Below, piece by piece: positions 48,460 to 57,902 of a stretch of 64,000 nt of DNA. The stretch is from Lachnospiraceae bacterium (GTDB taxonomy: Bacteria; Bacillota; Clostridia; Lachnospirales; Lachnospiraceae). The notes below the pieces were generated by a model that had not been told where the DNA came from, did not search any database, and saw only the letters and a program-made list of their open reading frames with translations. Position numbers and translations under genes: made by a program. The stretch spans positions 3,593-67,592 of the forward strand of contig JAFQCM010000035.1 of the NCBI GenBank assembly GCA_017399445.1. The letters are read 5' to 3'. How positions within the stretch are numbered: position 1 is the stretch's first letter; each line of letters opens with the position of its first letter.

Positions 48460-50106
48460 ATGGGACGAAAAAAAGAAAGTGCCAGCGGTTTTGTAGTGCA
48501 AGGCAGTATTCTTGCTGTAGCTTCAATTCTGGCTCGAATTATTGGGCTTATTTATAGAGTTCCAGTTACAAATATTATAGGTGATTATGGAAATGGACTT
48601 TATGGATTTGCATTTGAAGTGTATTCTATGATGTTGTTAATTTCCTCGTATTCTCTGCCTACCGCAGTATCAAAATTAGTGGCAGCAAGGTCACATAGAG
48701 GGCAGCACAAGAGTGCTTATAAAATATTTAAGGCAGGACTGCTTTTTGCAGTTGTGGTTGGTACACTGGCAGCAGGTTTTACGTTCTTGTTTGCAGATTT
48801 TATTGCAGGGAAAGTTATGAAAGATCCTATGATCGCCCTTTCTTTAAAAGTACTCGCACCCACTATTTTAGTTGTAGCGATTATGGGTGTGATTCGAGGA
48901 TATTTTCAGGGCTTAGGAACTATGATGCCTACTGCTATATCCCAGATTATTGAACAGATTATTAATGCCATTGTAAGTGTGGCTGCGGCATATTATTTAT
49001 TTGAATATGGAACGAAAGTTGCAAAGGTATTGCAGAATGAAAATTATAGTGGGGCATATGGAGCAGCAGGTAGTACTCTAGGTACCTTACTTGGAGCAAT
49101 TGTAGGACTTCTTTTTCTTTTATTTATGATGATGATTTATAAAAGAGTATTGAAGAAAAGAATGTCAAAAGACCGCTCCGGGCAGATAGAAAGTTATGGA
49201 ACAATTTACATGCTTTTATTCTCTACCATTGTTCCAATCATTCTTAGCACTGCAGTTTATAATTCCAGCGTTTTTATTGATCAGACTATTTTTAGTAATA
49301 TAATGAGTAGTAAAGGCGTGGAAAATTATACAGAGTTATTTGGTGTATTTACCGGAAAGTATAGAACCTTAGTAAATGTGCCAGTTTCTATTGCAAGTGC
49401 ACTGGCAGCATCTACTATGCCAAGTCTGACGGCAGCAGTGGCATCCGGAGACAGAAGATTAGCTAATAAAAAAATAAATATATCTATAAGATTCATTATG
49501 GTTATTGCATTTCCATGTGCAGTTGGACTGGGAGTACTGGGGTCCCCTATTTTGCAGTTGTTGTTTGGTGATACAAGAGAGCTTCCGGCAAATATGTTAA
49601 TGATTGGTTCTGTGGCAGTAGTATTTTATTCCTTGTCTACTTTATCCAACGGAATTTTGCAGGGGCTAAACAGGATGAATGTTCCAGTAAGAAATGCATT
49701 TATTTCTTTGGTGACGCATGTAGTTTTCGTATATGTGATGTTAAAATTTACAAATCTAAATATTTATGCAATCGTAATTGGCAATGTTATATTTTCCCTT
49801 ATGATGTGTGTGTTAAATGCTATAGCTATTAAGAGGGCAACCAGATATAAACAAGAAGTTTATAAAACTTTTCTTGTACCATTGATATCTTCTGCAGTTA
49901 TGGGAGTTGTTTCATTTTTCGTATACCTAGGTCTGGAAAAACTTACAAAGAGCAATACCATCGCTTTTATTATAGCTTTTATGGTGGCGGCAGTGGTATA
50001 TGTGGTAGTATTATTGTTGATGAAAGGTTTTACCGAAGAAGAAATGCGTTCCCTTCCAAAAGGAACAATGCTGGTATCTTTGGCAAAGAAATTCAGGCTA
50101 ATGTAA
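48460..50106 (+). CDS. MOP-superfamily flippase (SpoVB/YtgP/MurJ-like polysaccharide biosynthesis protein)
   Basis: 548 aa, about 14 TM segments, N-terminus ...QGSILA.ASI.ARIIGLIYR.P..N.IG..GNG.Y. Confidence 0.8.
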   Translation: MGRKKESASGFVVQGSILAVASILARIIGLIYRVPVTNIIGDYGNGLYGFAFEVYSMMLLISSYSLPTAVSKLVAARSHRGQHKSAYKIFKAGLLFAVVVGTLAAGFTFLFADFIAGKVMKDPMIALSLKVLAPTILVVAIMGVIRGYFQGLGTMMPTAISQIIEQIINAIVSVAAAYYLFEYGTKVAKVLQNENYSGAYGAAGSTLGTLLGAIVGLLFLLFMMMIYKRVLKKRMSKDRSGQIESYGTIYMLLFSTIVPIILSTAVYNSSVFIDQTIFSNIMSSKGVENYTELFGVFTGKYRTLVNVPVSIASALAASTMPSLTAAVASGDRRLANKKINISIRFIMVIAFPCAVGLGVLGSPILQLLFGDTRELPANMLMIGSVAVVFYSLSTLSNGILQGLNRMNVPVRNAFISLVTHVVFVYVMLKFTNLNIYAIVIGNVIFSLMMCVLNAIAIKRATRYKQEVYKTFLVPLISSAVMGVVSFFVYLGLEKLTKSNTIAFIIAFMVAAVVYVVVLLLMKGFTEEEMRSLPKGTMLVSLAKKFRLM

Positions 50107-50177
50107 AAATACAGGAAAAAATTGTATAAATTGAGAAAATAAGGCTGATACTATAGGTAAAGTAAAGGAGAGATTCT

Positions 50178-50774
50178 ATGAAAAAGACCTATATTATCAG
50201 CTTTCTTGTTATCTTTTTGTTGATAATTGTAAGCTATTTTGGAAGTTATTATTTTATGAAAGAAAAAGTAAAAGAAGTTCCCATGGAGAAAAAAGAGGAT
50301 GTGCTAAAAGCCAATTCTGGTACAAAAATGTATACTTCTGACCAGACAGTATATGTATTGGAAAAATATGATGCAGCTACTTATGAATTAACAGAAGAGA
50401 AAATGACAATGCCTGCAGAATATGTAGGGCTTACCAGAGAAGAACTGATGGAAAAAATTAAATCTTATGAAAAAAGCCCGGATGTGCTAGATAAAAATGA
50501 TGGTTTCACAGGCTTTTCCCTAGTTTATTTTTCGGAAAATAAAATTGTTTTACGAAAGACCTATAATAAGAACTCTTATGAAATAGAATATGAAGCAAAA
50601 ATAGACTCCCAGGGAAAAATTGTAATTTATATATCAGAAACAGGTACCATTTATACAGACACAGATATTTACTATAACCAACTGCCGGCTGATGTGAAAG
50701 AGGAGCTTGAAAGTGGAAAAAAATTGCAAGGGCTTCGTGAAGTGTTTGATTTTTTAGAAAACTATTCAAGTTGA
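50178..50774 (+). CDS. Membrane-anchored hypothetical protein; C-terminal part reminiscent of the BofC C-domain (tentative)
   Basis: N-terminal TM IISFLVIFLLIIVSYFGSYYF. C-terminus ...GKIVIY....G.IY..TDI....LP..V.EELESGKK......VFDFLENYSS. Confidence 0.55.
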   Translation: MKKTYIISFLVIFLLIIVSYFGSYYFMKEKVKEVPMEKKEDVLKANSGTKMYTSDQTVYVLEKYDAATYELTEEKMTMPAEYVGLTREELMEKIKSYEKSPDVLDKNDGFTGFSLVYFSENKIVLRKTYNKNSYEIEYEAKIDSQGKIVIYISETGTIYTDTDIYYNQLPADVKEELESGKKLQGLREVFDFLENYSS

Positions 50775-50832
50775 AAAAGTGTGTCGAATATAGTAGAATA
50801 TTAGTAAATATTGGATGCGGGAGGGAAAAGGT

Positions 50833-53034
50833 ATGACAGAAAAAATATATGAATTAATGGATTGGCCGGGAATTGAATCAATTGTATACTCAGAAGAGGA
50901 CAAGCCTAATAGAATTTTGGGTGCTTTTAAACTTAAAAAAGGAATATTGATACAAACTTTTCAACCACAGGCTTCTGCAGTGAAAGTAAAGTTTAAAGAT
51001 GGAAGAAAGACATATGATATGGAACTTGTGGATGAGGCAGGCTTCTATGTGATATATGTTCCAGGAAAGAAGAAGACAGAATATACCCTTATATTGGAAG
51101 AAAATGGAAAAGAAAGAGAAATAGAAGATCCATATCGCTTTGAGCAGGTACTTTCAGGGGAAGATTGTTTTAAATTTAACTCAGGAATTCATTATGAGGT
51201 GTATGAAAGCTTAGGGGCACATCATATGGAGGTAGAAGGGGTATCGGGAGTGCATTTTGCAGTATGGGTGCCAAAAGCAATCAGAGTCAGTGTAGTAGGT
51301 GAGTTCAACCAATGGGATGGAAGACGTCATCAAATGAACAGGATAGATGATAGTGATATTTTTGAATTGTTTATTCCGGAAGTAACAGAGGGAGATATAT
51401 ATAAATTTGAAATAAAAATGCGTGGCGGACTGGTACTTTTAAAATCAGATCCTTATGCTCAGGCTTTTGAATTACGTCCAGGTTCCTGTTCTAAGGTAAC
51501 AGAAAAAGAAGAATATCAATGGCAGGATAATTCATGGATAGAAGAAAGAGAAAATACAGATTTTCATGAAGAGCCAGTATCAATTTACGAACTTCACTTA
51601 GGCTCTTTCAAAAGAAAGGGGAAAAAATCCTTTTACAATTATAGGGAACTGGCACCAATGGTCATTGAACAGGTGAAAGAGCTAAATATGACTCATGTGG
51701 AATTACTTCCGGTAATGGAACATATTTTAGATGAATCCTGGGGCTACGAGATTACCGGATATTATGCACCAACTAGTCGCTTTGGAACTGCAAATGATTT
51801 TAAATATTTTGTGGATGAACTTCACAAGGCGGGAATTGGTGTGATTTTAGACTGGGTTCCTGCGCATTTTCCAAAGAATGCAGATGGTCTGGTGAATTTT
51901 AATGGATATTATTTGTATGAGCCATCACAGGAAAATAAGAGAGAACATAAACGTTGGGGCACTTATGCTTTTGATTATGGAAAAAAAGAAGTCAGTAATT
52001 TTCTAATTGCCAATGCCCTATACTGGATAGAGCAATTCCACGCAGATGGCTTAAGGGTAGACGCTGTTTCAGCCATGTTGTACCTGGACTACGACAGATT
52101 AGAGGGTGACTGGACACCAAATATGTATGGTGGTAATGAGAATTTAGAGGCAATAGAATTTATTAAACATTTAAATTCTATAATGAAAAAAAGAAATCCA
52201 AATGTGCTTATGATTGCAGAAGAGTCAACCTTGTTTGGAAATATTACAAGAGATTTAGAAGAAGAAGGGCTAGGATTTGATTATCGCTGGAATTTTGAAT
52301 TTATGAACAAATCTTTTGAACTTTTTGGATGTGATCCATTATTTAGAAAAGGTATTTATAATGAATTTCTAAACAGCATGACTTATGCTTATATGGAAAA
52401 TTATGTACTTCCATTTTCCCATGATGAAGTGGTACATGGGAAAGGTTCCATGTTAAATAAAATGGCTGGAAGTGAAGATGAAAAATATGATAATTTAAGA
52501 CTGATGTATGCATATCAAATGGTTCATCCGGGAAAGAAATTAACTTTTATGGGAAATGAGGTTGCTGGGGAGCTGGAATGGTCCGAAAGTGCAGAGCCGG
52601 AATGGAAGCTTCTTAAAAAGAAGAAAAATGCAGGAGTAATGAAAATGATTTCCGTTCTAAATGAAATTTATCAGACATATCCTGCATTATATGAATTAGA
52701 GGAAGTAAGTCACGGAATTGAATGGATTAATAATACTTCTATTAATGAAACTGTTATTGTATTTCTAAGAAAAGGAACTGTAGTAGGAGAAGATCTTCTG
52801 GTAATATGTAATTTTACACCAGTGCTTCGTGAAAATTATAAAATAGGAGTTCCTTATAAAGCGAAATACAAAGAAATTTTTAATAGTGATGACAGTGCTT
52901 TTGGCGGAAATGGAAATGTAAATGCTAATGTAAAGAGTGCAAGAGAAGAGGAATGTGACGAAAGGGAATATTCACTAAGAGTGAAGCTGGCACCATTAAG
53001 TATTTCTATTTTTAAAATGGTAGCAGACAATTAA
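50833..53034 (+). CDS. glgB: 1,4-alpha-glucan branching enzyme
   Basis: CBM48 (FAVWAP.A..V.VVGEFN.WD) and GH13 blocks (DWVPAHF, DGLRVDAV, MIAEEST, FSHDEVVHGK). ATG 50833 has GGAGGG upstream. Confidence 0.93.
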   Translation: MTEKIYELMDWPGIESIVYSEEDKPNRILGAFKLKKGILIQTFQPQASAVKVKFKDGRKTYDMELVDEAGFYVIYVPGKKKTEYTLILEENGKEREIEDPYRFEQVLSGEDCFKFNSGIHYEVYESLGAHHMEVEGVSGVHFAVWVPKAIRVSVVGEFNQWDGRRHQMNRIDDSDIFELFIPEVTEGDIYKFEIKMRGGLVLLKSDPYAQAFELRPGSCSKVTEKEEYQWQDNSWIEERENTDFHEEPVSIYELHLGSFKRKGKKSFYNYRELAPMVIEQVKELNMTHVELLPVMEHILDESWGYEITGYYAPTSRFGTANDFKYFVDELHKAGIGVILDWVPAHFPKNADGLVNFNGYYLYEPSQENKREHKRWGTYAFDYGKKEVSNFLIANALYWIEQFHADGLRVDAVSAMLYLDYDRLEGDWTPNMYGGNENLEAIEFIKHLNSIMKKRNPNVLMIAEESTLFGNITRDLEEEGLGFDYRWNFEFMNKSFELFGCDPLFRKGIYNEFLNSMTYAYMENYVLPFSHDEVVHGKGSMLNKMAGSEDEKYDNLRLMYAYQMVHPGKKLTFMGNEVAGELEWSESAEPEWKLLKKKKNAGVMKMISVLNEIYQTYPALYELEEVSHGIEWINNTSINETVIVFLRKGTVVGEDLLVICNFTPVLRENYKIGVPYKAKYKEIFNSDDSAFGGNGNVNANVKSAREEECDEREYSLRVKLAPLSISIFKMVADN

Positions 53035-53058
53035 GTTATAGGTAATAGGAGGATTGTA

Positions 53059-53970
53059 ATGGTATTGACAGGAGAAAATGTACAGGAACAGGTTGTACAA
53101 CAGGTAGAGGAACTGGCAGACATTAATATTGAAGATGTACAGCCTAGTGTAATTATGGAAACTTTGCAAGGTTATGTTCCGGATATTATTAATTTTGGAA
53201 TTTCAGTGTTATTGGCAGTTGTAGTATTTGCTATTGGTACAAGACTGATAAAATTGATTCGTAAAATTGTAAGGCGTTCCTTGGAACGTTCCAGTGCAGA
53301 TGCAGGAGTAGAACAGTTTATTGATTCTATGTTGAAAATTGGATTGTATATTGTTCTGATTATGACAGTTGCCGGAATGGTGGGAATCCAGACCACTTCT
53401 ATTGTAGCAGTAGTTGGTTCTGCCGGTGTGGCTGTAGGGCTTGCATTACAGGGAAGTCTTTCTAACTTTGCAGGCGGTGTGCTGATACTGTTGTTAAAGC
53501 CTTTTAAAGTAGGGGACTATATTATAGACTGTGCAGACAAAAATGAAGGAACAGTAAAACAGATTCAGGTTTTTTATACGAAGCTTTTAACCACTGACAA
53601 TAAGGAAATTTTGATACCAAATGGTACTTTGATGAATTCTAGTATTATAAATGTAACGGGACAGACAGAGCGACGTATTGATATTTTAGTGGGAATTGCT
53701 TATGATGCAGATTTAAAAGCAGCGAAACAGTGTATGGAACAATTGGTTTTAAAAGAAGATAAGGTATTAAAAGAAAAGCCGATAGATATTTTTGTAAATA
53801 GTTTAAATGATAGTGCAGTAGAACTTGGACTTCATGTATGGGTAGGAACAGAAGATTACTGGAGTGTAAAGTGGCGTTTGACAGAAAATATCAAGCTTGC
53901 TTTTGATGAAAAAGGAATTGAAATTCCATTTAACCAGTTGTCAGTACATATTATGGAAAAAGAACAATAA
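53059..53970 (+). CDS. MscS-family mechanosensitive channel
   Basis: Three TM segments then a beta domain: LSNFAGGVLILLLKPFKVGDYI and IPNG.L.NS.I.N. Confidence 0.88.
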   Translation: MVLTGENVQEQVVQQVEELADINIEDVQPSVIMETLQGYVPDIINFGISVLLAVVVFAIGTRLIKLIRKIVRRSLERSSADAGVEQFIDSMLKIGLYIVLIMTVAGMVGIQTTSIVAVVGSAGVAVGLALQGSLSNFAGGVLILLLKPFKVGDYIIDCADKNEGTVKQIQVFYTKLLTTDNKEILIPNGTLMNSSIINVTGQTERRIDILVGIAYDADLKAAKQCMEQLVLKEDKVLKEKPIDIFVNSLNDSAVELGLHVWVGTEDYWSVKWRLTENIKLAFDEKGIEIPFNQLSVHIMEKEQ

Positions 53971-53992
53971 AATACACACGAAAGCCGAAAAC

Positions 53993-54034
53993 TCTCATAA
54001 GATATAGTAGAAAAATATCTTATGGGGGTTTTTT
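53993..54034 (+). terminator. Rho-independent terminator whose 3' arm and T-tract contain the SD of the next gene
   Basis: CTCATAAGATAT ... ATATCTTATGGG(GG) then TTTTTT, then ATG at 54035. Confidence 0.7.
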
Positions 54035-54805
54035 ATGAGTGTCATATTATCTCTGGAACATGTAAGTTTCGCCTACCATAGTGAAGCTGGGGAAATACTG
54101 GCGTTAGATAATATATCTTTTGAAGTTGAAAAAGGGGAATTTATTGCAGTAATTGGACCATCCGGCTGTGGAAAGTCTACATTGCTTTCTTTGATTTCAG
54201 GTTTGAATCAAGTAGAGCGGGGAGAAATAAAATTTCAAAGTGAAAATAAAAAACAGACAAAAACCAATATTGGTTATATGCTTCAGAAAGACCATTTATT
54301 TGAATGGCGAACCATATATCGTAATGTGATTTTAGGACCGGAAATTAATAAAAGTCTCACCAAAGAAAAAGAAGAAAAGATAGAAGATATGTTAGAGCTT
54401 TATGGGCTTTCAGAATTTAAAGAAAAAAAACCTTCAGAATTGTCAGGAGGAATGAGGCAGAGGGCTGCTTTGATTCGTACCCTTGCCATGGAGCCGGATT
54501 TACTTTTGTTAGATGAACCTTTTTCTGCATTGGATTATCAGACCAGAATATCTGTAGCAGATGACATTGGTACCATTATTAAAAAAGAAGGAAAAACGGC
54601 TATATTGGTAACTCATGATTTATCAGAAGCCATTTCTCTGGCAGACAGAGTTGTTGTCTTAAGCAAAAGACCTGCTACGATAAAATCGATTATACCAATT
54701 AAATTAAGTATAGAAAACCGTACTCCTTTTAATTCCAGAACGGCACCGGAATTTAAGGAATATTTCAATCTGTTATGGAAGGAGCTTAGAACTGATGAGT
54801 TGTAA
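54035..54805 (+). CDS. ABC transporter ATP-binding protein (NitT/TauT, aliphatic sulfonate/nitrate family)
   Basis: Walker A GPSGCGKST, signature LSGGMRQR, Walker B LLLLDEP. Confidence 0.9.
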   Translation: MSVILSLEHVSFAYHSEAGEILALDNISFEVEKGEFIAVIGPSGCGKSTLLSLISGLNQVERGEIKFQSENKKQTKTNIGYMLQKDHLFEWRTIYRNVILGPEINKSLTKEKEEKIEDMLELYGLSEFKEKKPSELSGGMRQRAALIRTLAMEPDLLLLDEPFSALDYQTRISVADDIGTIIKKEGKTAILVTHDLSEAISLADRVVVLSKRPATIKSIIPIKLSIENRTPFNSRTAPEFKEYFNLLWKELRTDEL

Positions 54806-55583
54806 AGTATCCGCAGAACAGGTGAACTTTATGAAAGAGGTCCGGCGAAAAAAGAGAATTGTCCAGGGTATGCAGTTAGGCATTATTCTATTTCTTCTTG
54901 GTGTTTGGGAATTGGCAGCATTTTGGGGATGGATTGATGATTTCATTTTCAGTAGTCCTTCTAGAATTGTAAAAACATTTATTTCTTTAATTATATCAGG
55001 AGATTTGCTCAAGCATACAGGAATTACTTTGTATGAAACGATTTTAAGCTTTGGGATTACCACTGTAAGCAGTATTTTTATTGCTATGTTATTATGGATG
55101 AGTCCCATGGTATCTAAAATTGTAGAGCCATATCTTGTTATTTTAAATTCTCTTCCAAAGTCTGCTTTGGCACCACTTTTAATTGTATGGCTGGGAACGG
55201 GAGCAAAAACCATTGTAGTAGCAGGAATTTCTGTAGCTGTATTTGGAGGAATTATAAATTTATACACTACATTTCATGGTACCGATAAAGAAAAAGAAAA
55301 GTTGATTTATACCTTGGGAGGAAAAAAGTATCAGGTGTTATTTAAAGTAGTACTTCCAGGTGCAATACCAGCAATTATTAGTAATATGAAAGTAAATGTT
55401 GGTTTATCTTTGGTAGGGGTCATTATAGGGGAATTTCTTGCAGCAAGAGCAGGACTTGGATATCTGATTATCTATGGAAGCCAGGTGTATAAATTAGACT
55501 GGGTTATGATGAGTATTATTTTACTGTGCATTATGGCAGTGATTTTTTATAAAATAATTGGTATTTTTGAGAAAAAGCGGTGA
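54795..55583 (+). CDS. ABC transporter permease (SsuC/TauC-like)
   Basis: 262 aa, 6 TM, BPD-type EAA-like loop (...YTLGGKKYQVLFKVVLPGA.P). 11-nt overlap with the ATPase gene. Confidence 0.88.
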   Translation: MSCKVSAEQVNFMKEVRRKKRIVQGMQLGIILFLLGVWELAAFWGWIDDFIFSSPSRIVKTFISLIISGDLLKHTGITLYETILSFGITTVSSIFIAMLLWMSPMVSKIVEPYLVILNSLPKSALAPLLIVWLGTGAKTIVVAGISVAVFGGIINLYTTFHGTDKEKEKLIYTLGGKKYQVLFKVVLPGAIPAIISNMKVNVGLSLVGVIIGEFLAARAGLGYLIIYGSQVYKLDWVMMSIILLCIMAVIFYKIIGIFEKKR

Positions 55584-55584
55584 C

Positions 55585-55613
55585 TTGTTTTAAGGTGGGG
55601 GCTGTGGTATAAT
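55585..55613 (+). promoter_or_regulatory. Sigma-A promoter with extended -10 for miaB
   Basis: TTGTTT, 17 nt, TGg-TATAAT (55608-55613). Confidence 0.6.
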
Positions 55614-55662
55614 ATGAACACTTGGCGACACAGCTATGATAGATAAAATGAAAGGTGAAGTT

Positions 55663-57111
55663 ATGTTAGAAAATAAGGAAATTATAGATACCATAGATTT
55701 TAATGGAGAAGCTCCAGCAGATGAAACCAAAAGACAGTACTATTATATGAAAAAGGCTGCAGAATATGTGGAGCAGGAAAGCAAAAAAGCCGGACGAAAG
55801 CTCACATATTTTGTGCAAAATTTTGGATGTCAGATGAATGCAAGGGATGCAGAAAAGCTGGCAGGGATTCTGGAAAAAATTGGATACGAAGAAGCCTTTG
55901 ATGAAATGGCAGATTTTGTAATTTATAATACTTGTACTGTAAGAGAAAATGCCAATTTAAAAGTATATGGAAGATTAGGCTATTTAAGTGGTGTAAAAAA
56001 GAAAAATCCCCATATGAGAATTGGACTTTGCGGCTGTATGATGCAGGAGCCGGAAGTAGTAGAAAAGCTCAAGAAAAGCTACCGTCATGTGGATCTGATT
56101 TTTGGAACCCATAATGTATTTAAACTGGCAGAACTTTTAGTAACCATGTTCCAGTCAGAACGTATGGTAATTGATATATGGAAAGATACTGATAAAATCG
56201 TGGAAGATTTACCAACAGAACGTAAATATCAGTTTAAATCCGGTATTAATATTATGTTTGGATGTAACAATTTCTGTAGTTATTGTATTGTTCCTTATGT
56301 GCGTGGACGAGAAAGAAGTCGCCATCCAAAAGATATTATTCGTGAAATTGAACGGCTGGTGGCAGATGGGGTAGTAGAAGTTATGCTTCTTGGACAGAAT
56401 GTAAACTCTTATGGAAAAACCTTAGAAGAGCCAATGACCTTTGCCCAGCTGTTACAGGAAATCGAAAAAATAGAAGGGTTAAAGAGAATTCGTTTTATGA
56501 CTTCCCATCCAAAGGATTTGTCTGATGAATTAATTAAAGTAATGGCTAATTCTAAAAAGATTTGTAAGCATCTTCACCTTCCATTACAGTCAGGAAGTTC
56601 TAGGGTATTAAAAGAAATGAACCGAGTATATGACAAGGAAAAGTATTTAGAGCTTGCTATGAAAATCAGAGAAGCAATTCCTGATATTTCTTTAACTACA
56701 GATATTATCATTGGATTTCCTGGGGAAACAGAAGAAGATTTTCAAGATACTTTAGATGTGGTAAGAAAGGTGCAGTATGAAAATGCATTTACCTTTATTT
56801 ACTCCAAACGTACTGGAACTCCAGCAGCAGCTATGGAAAATCAGGTGCCGGAAGATGTGACAAAAGACCGTTTTGACCGTTTGTTAAAAGAGGTTCAGGG
56901 AATTGCAAGAAAAAAATCAATGATTTTTGAAGATACTGTTCAGGAAGTGCTGGTAGAAGAGGTAAATGAACAGGATGCAGAACTGGTAACCGGACGTATG
57001 TCAAATAATCTTTTGGTGCACTTTAAAGGTGGCAAGGAATTGATTGGAACTTTGCAGAAGGTGCACTTGAAAGAGTGTAAAGGATTTTATTATATTGGAG
57101 AGCTGGTGTAA
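55663..57111 (+). CDS. miaB: tRNA-2-methylthio-N6-dimethylallyladenosine synthase
   Basis: Motifs FGCQMN..D, radical-SAM CNNFCSYCIVP, and a TRAM domain. The track start 55636 lies about 17 nt from the predicted TSS with no SD. ATG 55663 follows AAAGGTGA; the start remains uncertain. Confidence 0.93.
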   Translation: MLENKEIIDTIDFNGEAPADETKRQYYYMKKAAEYVEQESKKAGRKLTYFVQNFGCQMNARDAEKLAGILEKIGYEEAFDEMADFVIYNTCTVRENANLKVYGRLGYLSGVKKKNPHMRIGLCGCMMQEPEVVEKLKKSYRHVDLIFGTHNVFKLAELLVTMFQSERMVIDIWKDTDKIVEDLPTERKYQFKSGINIMFGCNNFCSYCIVPYVRGRERSRHPKDIIREIERLVADGVVEVMLLGQNVNSYGKTLEEPMTFAQLLQEIEKIEGLKRIRFMTSHPKDLSDELIKVMANSKKICKHLHLPLQSGSSRVLKEMNRVYDKEKYLELAMKIREAIPDISLTTDIIIGFPGETEEDFQDTLDVVRKVQYENAFTFIYSKRTGTPAAAMENQVPEDVTKDRFDRLLKEVQGIARKKSMIFEDTVQEVLVEEVNEQDAELVTGRMSNNLLVHFKGGKELIGTLQKVHLKECKGFYYIGELV

Positions 57112-57285
57112 GGGATAGTCCTTGCCAGCTTCTGGATGCAAATGTGTAAAATAAAATGCACAGACTTCAATTTCGAATGGAACGGGAAAACATGCAAGTA
57201 AATGTAACATAATGCATTAAGAAAGGAAAAAGACACCTGATGGTTGTGTGAAGTGGATTCGAGGACACTGGGAAAGACTAGGTAG

Positions 57286-57321
57286 AGCAGAAGAGTGTGA
57301 AGGCTTTTCTGCTTTTTTTTT
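57286..57321 (+). terminator. Rho-independent terminator about 175 nt downstream of the miaB stop
   Basis: AGCAGAAGAG ... CTTTTCTGCT followed by T9. Confidence 0.8.
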
Positions 57322-57362
57322 CTGTTTTTTGTTATGTCACTAAGAAATACTGCCAAATATAG

Positions 57363-57392
57363 GTACATATTTTAAATTGGTAAAGTACATAT
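57363..57392 (+). repeat. Direct repeat GTACATAT x2 with 22-nt period, ending 5 nt before the -35 of the LytTR gene promoter
   Basis: Exact copies at 57363-57370 and 57385-57392. Confidence 0.6.
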
Positions 57393-57396
57393 GTAT

Positions 57397-57417
57397 ATTG
57401 AAAATAATATACAAATG
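57397..57417 (+). repeat. Copy 1 of the 21-nt element ATTGAAAATAATATACAAATG
   Basis: Identical to 58400-58420. Confidence 0.9.
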
Positions 57418-57426
57418 GGATATAAT
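57398..57426 (+). promoter_or_regulatory. Near-consensus sigma-A promoter of the LytTR gene
   Basis: TTGAAA (57398-57403), 17 nt, TATAAT (57421-57426). Confidence 0.7.
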
Positions 57427-57487
57427 AAGGTAGGAATTCTAGGTATGGAATCGGATAAATAATACCATGTAAACAGGAGGGGCACCA

Positions 57488-57841
57488 ATGAGGAATACAG
57501 CGGTTTTTGAAACGAATGATAAGAAAACAAAGAAAGTTTTCAGTGAAGAAAATATTCAAATTTTAGAAATAAAAGATGTTATTTATGTAGAAAGTGAGGG
57601 GCATTATCTTCATATTTATATGGTAGAAGGTCAAATGATAATACGAAGTAAAGTGAAGGAATTTATAGAAGGAATAGAGGAAGTATTTCTTCACTCACAT
57701 CAGAGCTTTGCTGTTAACATGGCTTATATTAAGAAATTTGGAAACAATGAAATTGAGTTAAAGGATGGAAGAAAGATTCCGGTGAGTAGAAGTAAGTTTA
57801 AGGAATCTAAAGAAAAATTGATAAAATATTTGGATGGTTAA
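57488..57841 (+). CDS. LytTR-domain-only DNA-binding protein (no receiver or sensor domain)
   Basis: 117 aa. Matches the LytTR pattern: I.YVES.GHY..IY........R.K.KEF......FL..HQSF.VN..YI.........L.DG..IPVSRSK. AGGAGGGG 6 nt (CACCAA) before the ATG. Confidence 0.8.
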   Translation: MRNTAVFETNDKKTKKVFSEENIQILEIKDVIYVESEGHYLHIYMVEGQMIIRSKVKEFIEGIEEVFLHSHQSFAVNMAYIKKFGNNEIELKDGRKIPVSRSKFKESKEKLIKYLDG

Positions 57842-57902
57842 AAAGAATATTTTAGAATAAAAGATTCCAAGAAAAGTTATATGAAAACTTCTCTTGAAAT
57901 CT

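Noticed and set aside
54773-55267. Minus-strand 164-aa ORF
   Set aside because: It is antisense to the ABC permease gene and has no SD or motif.
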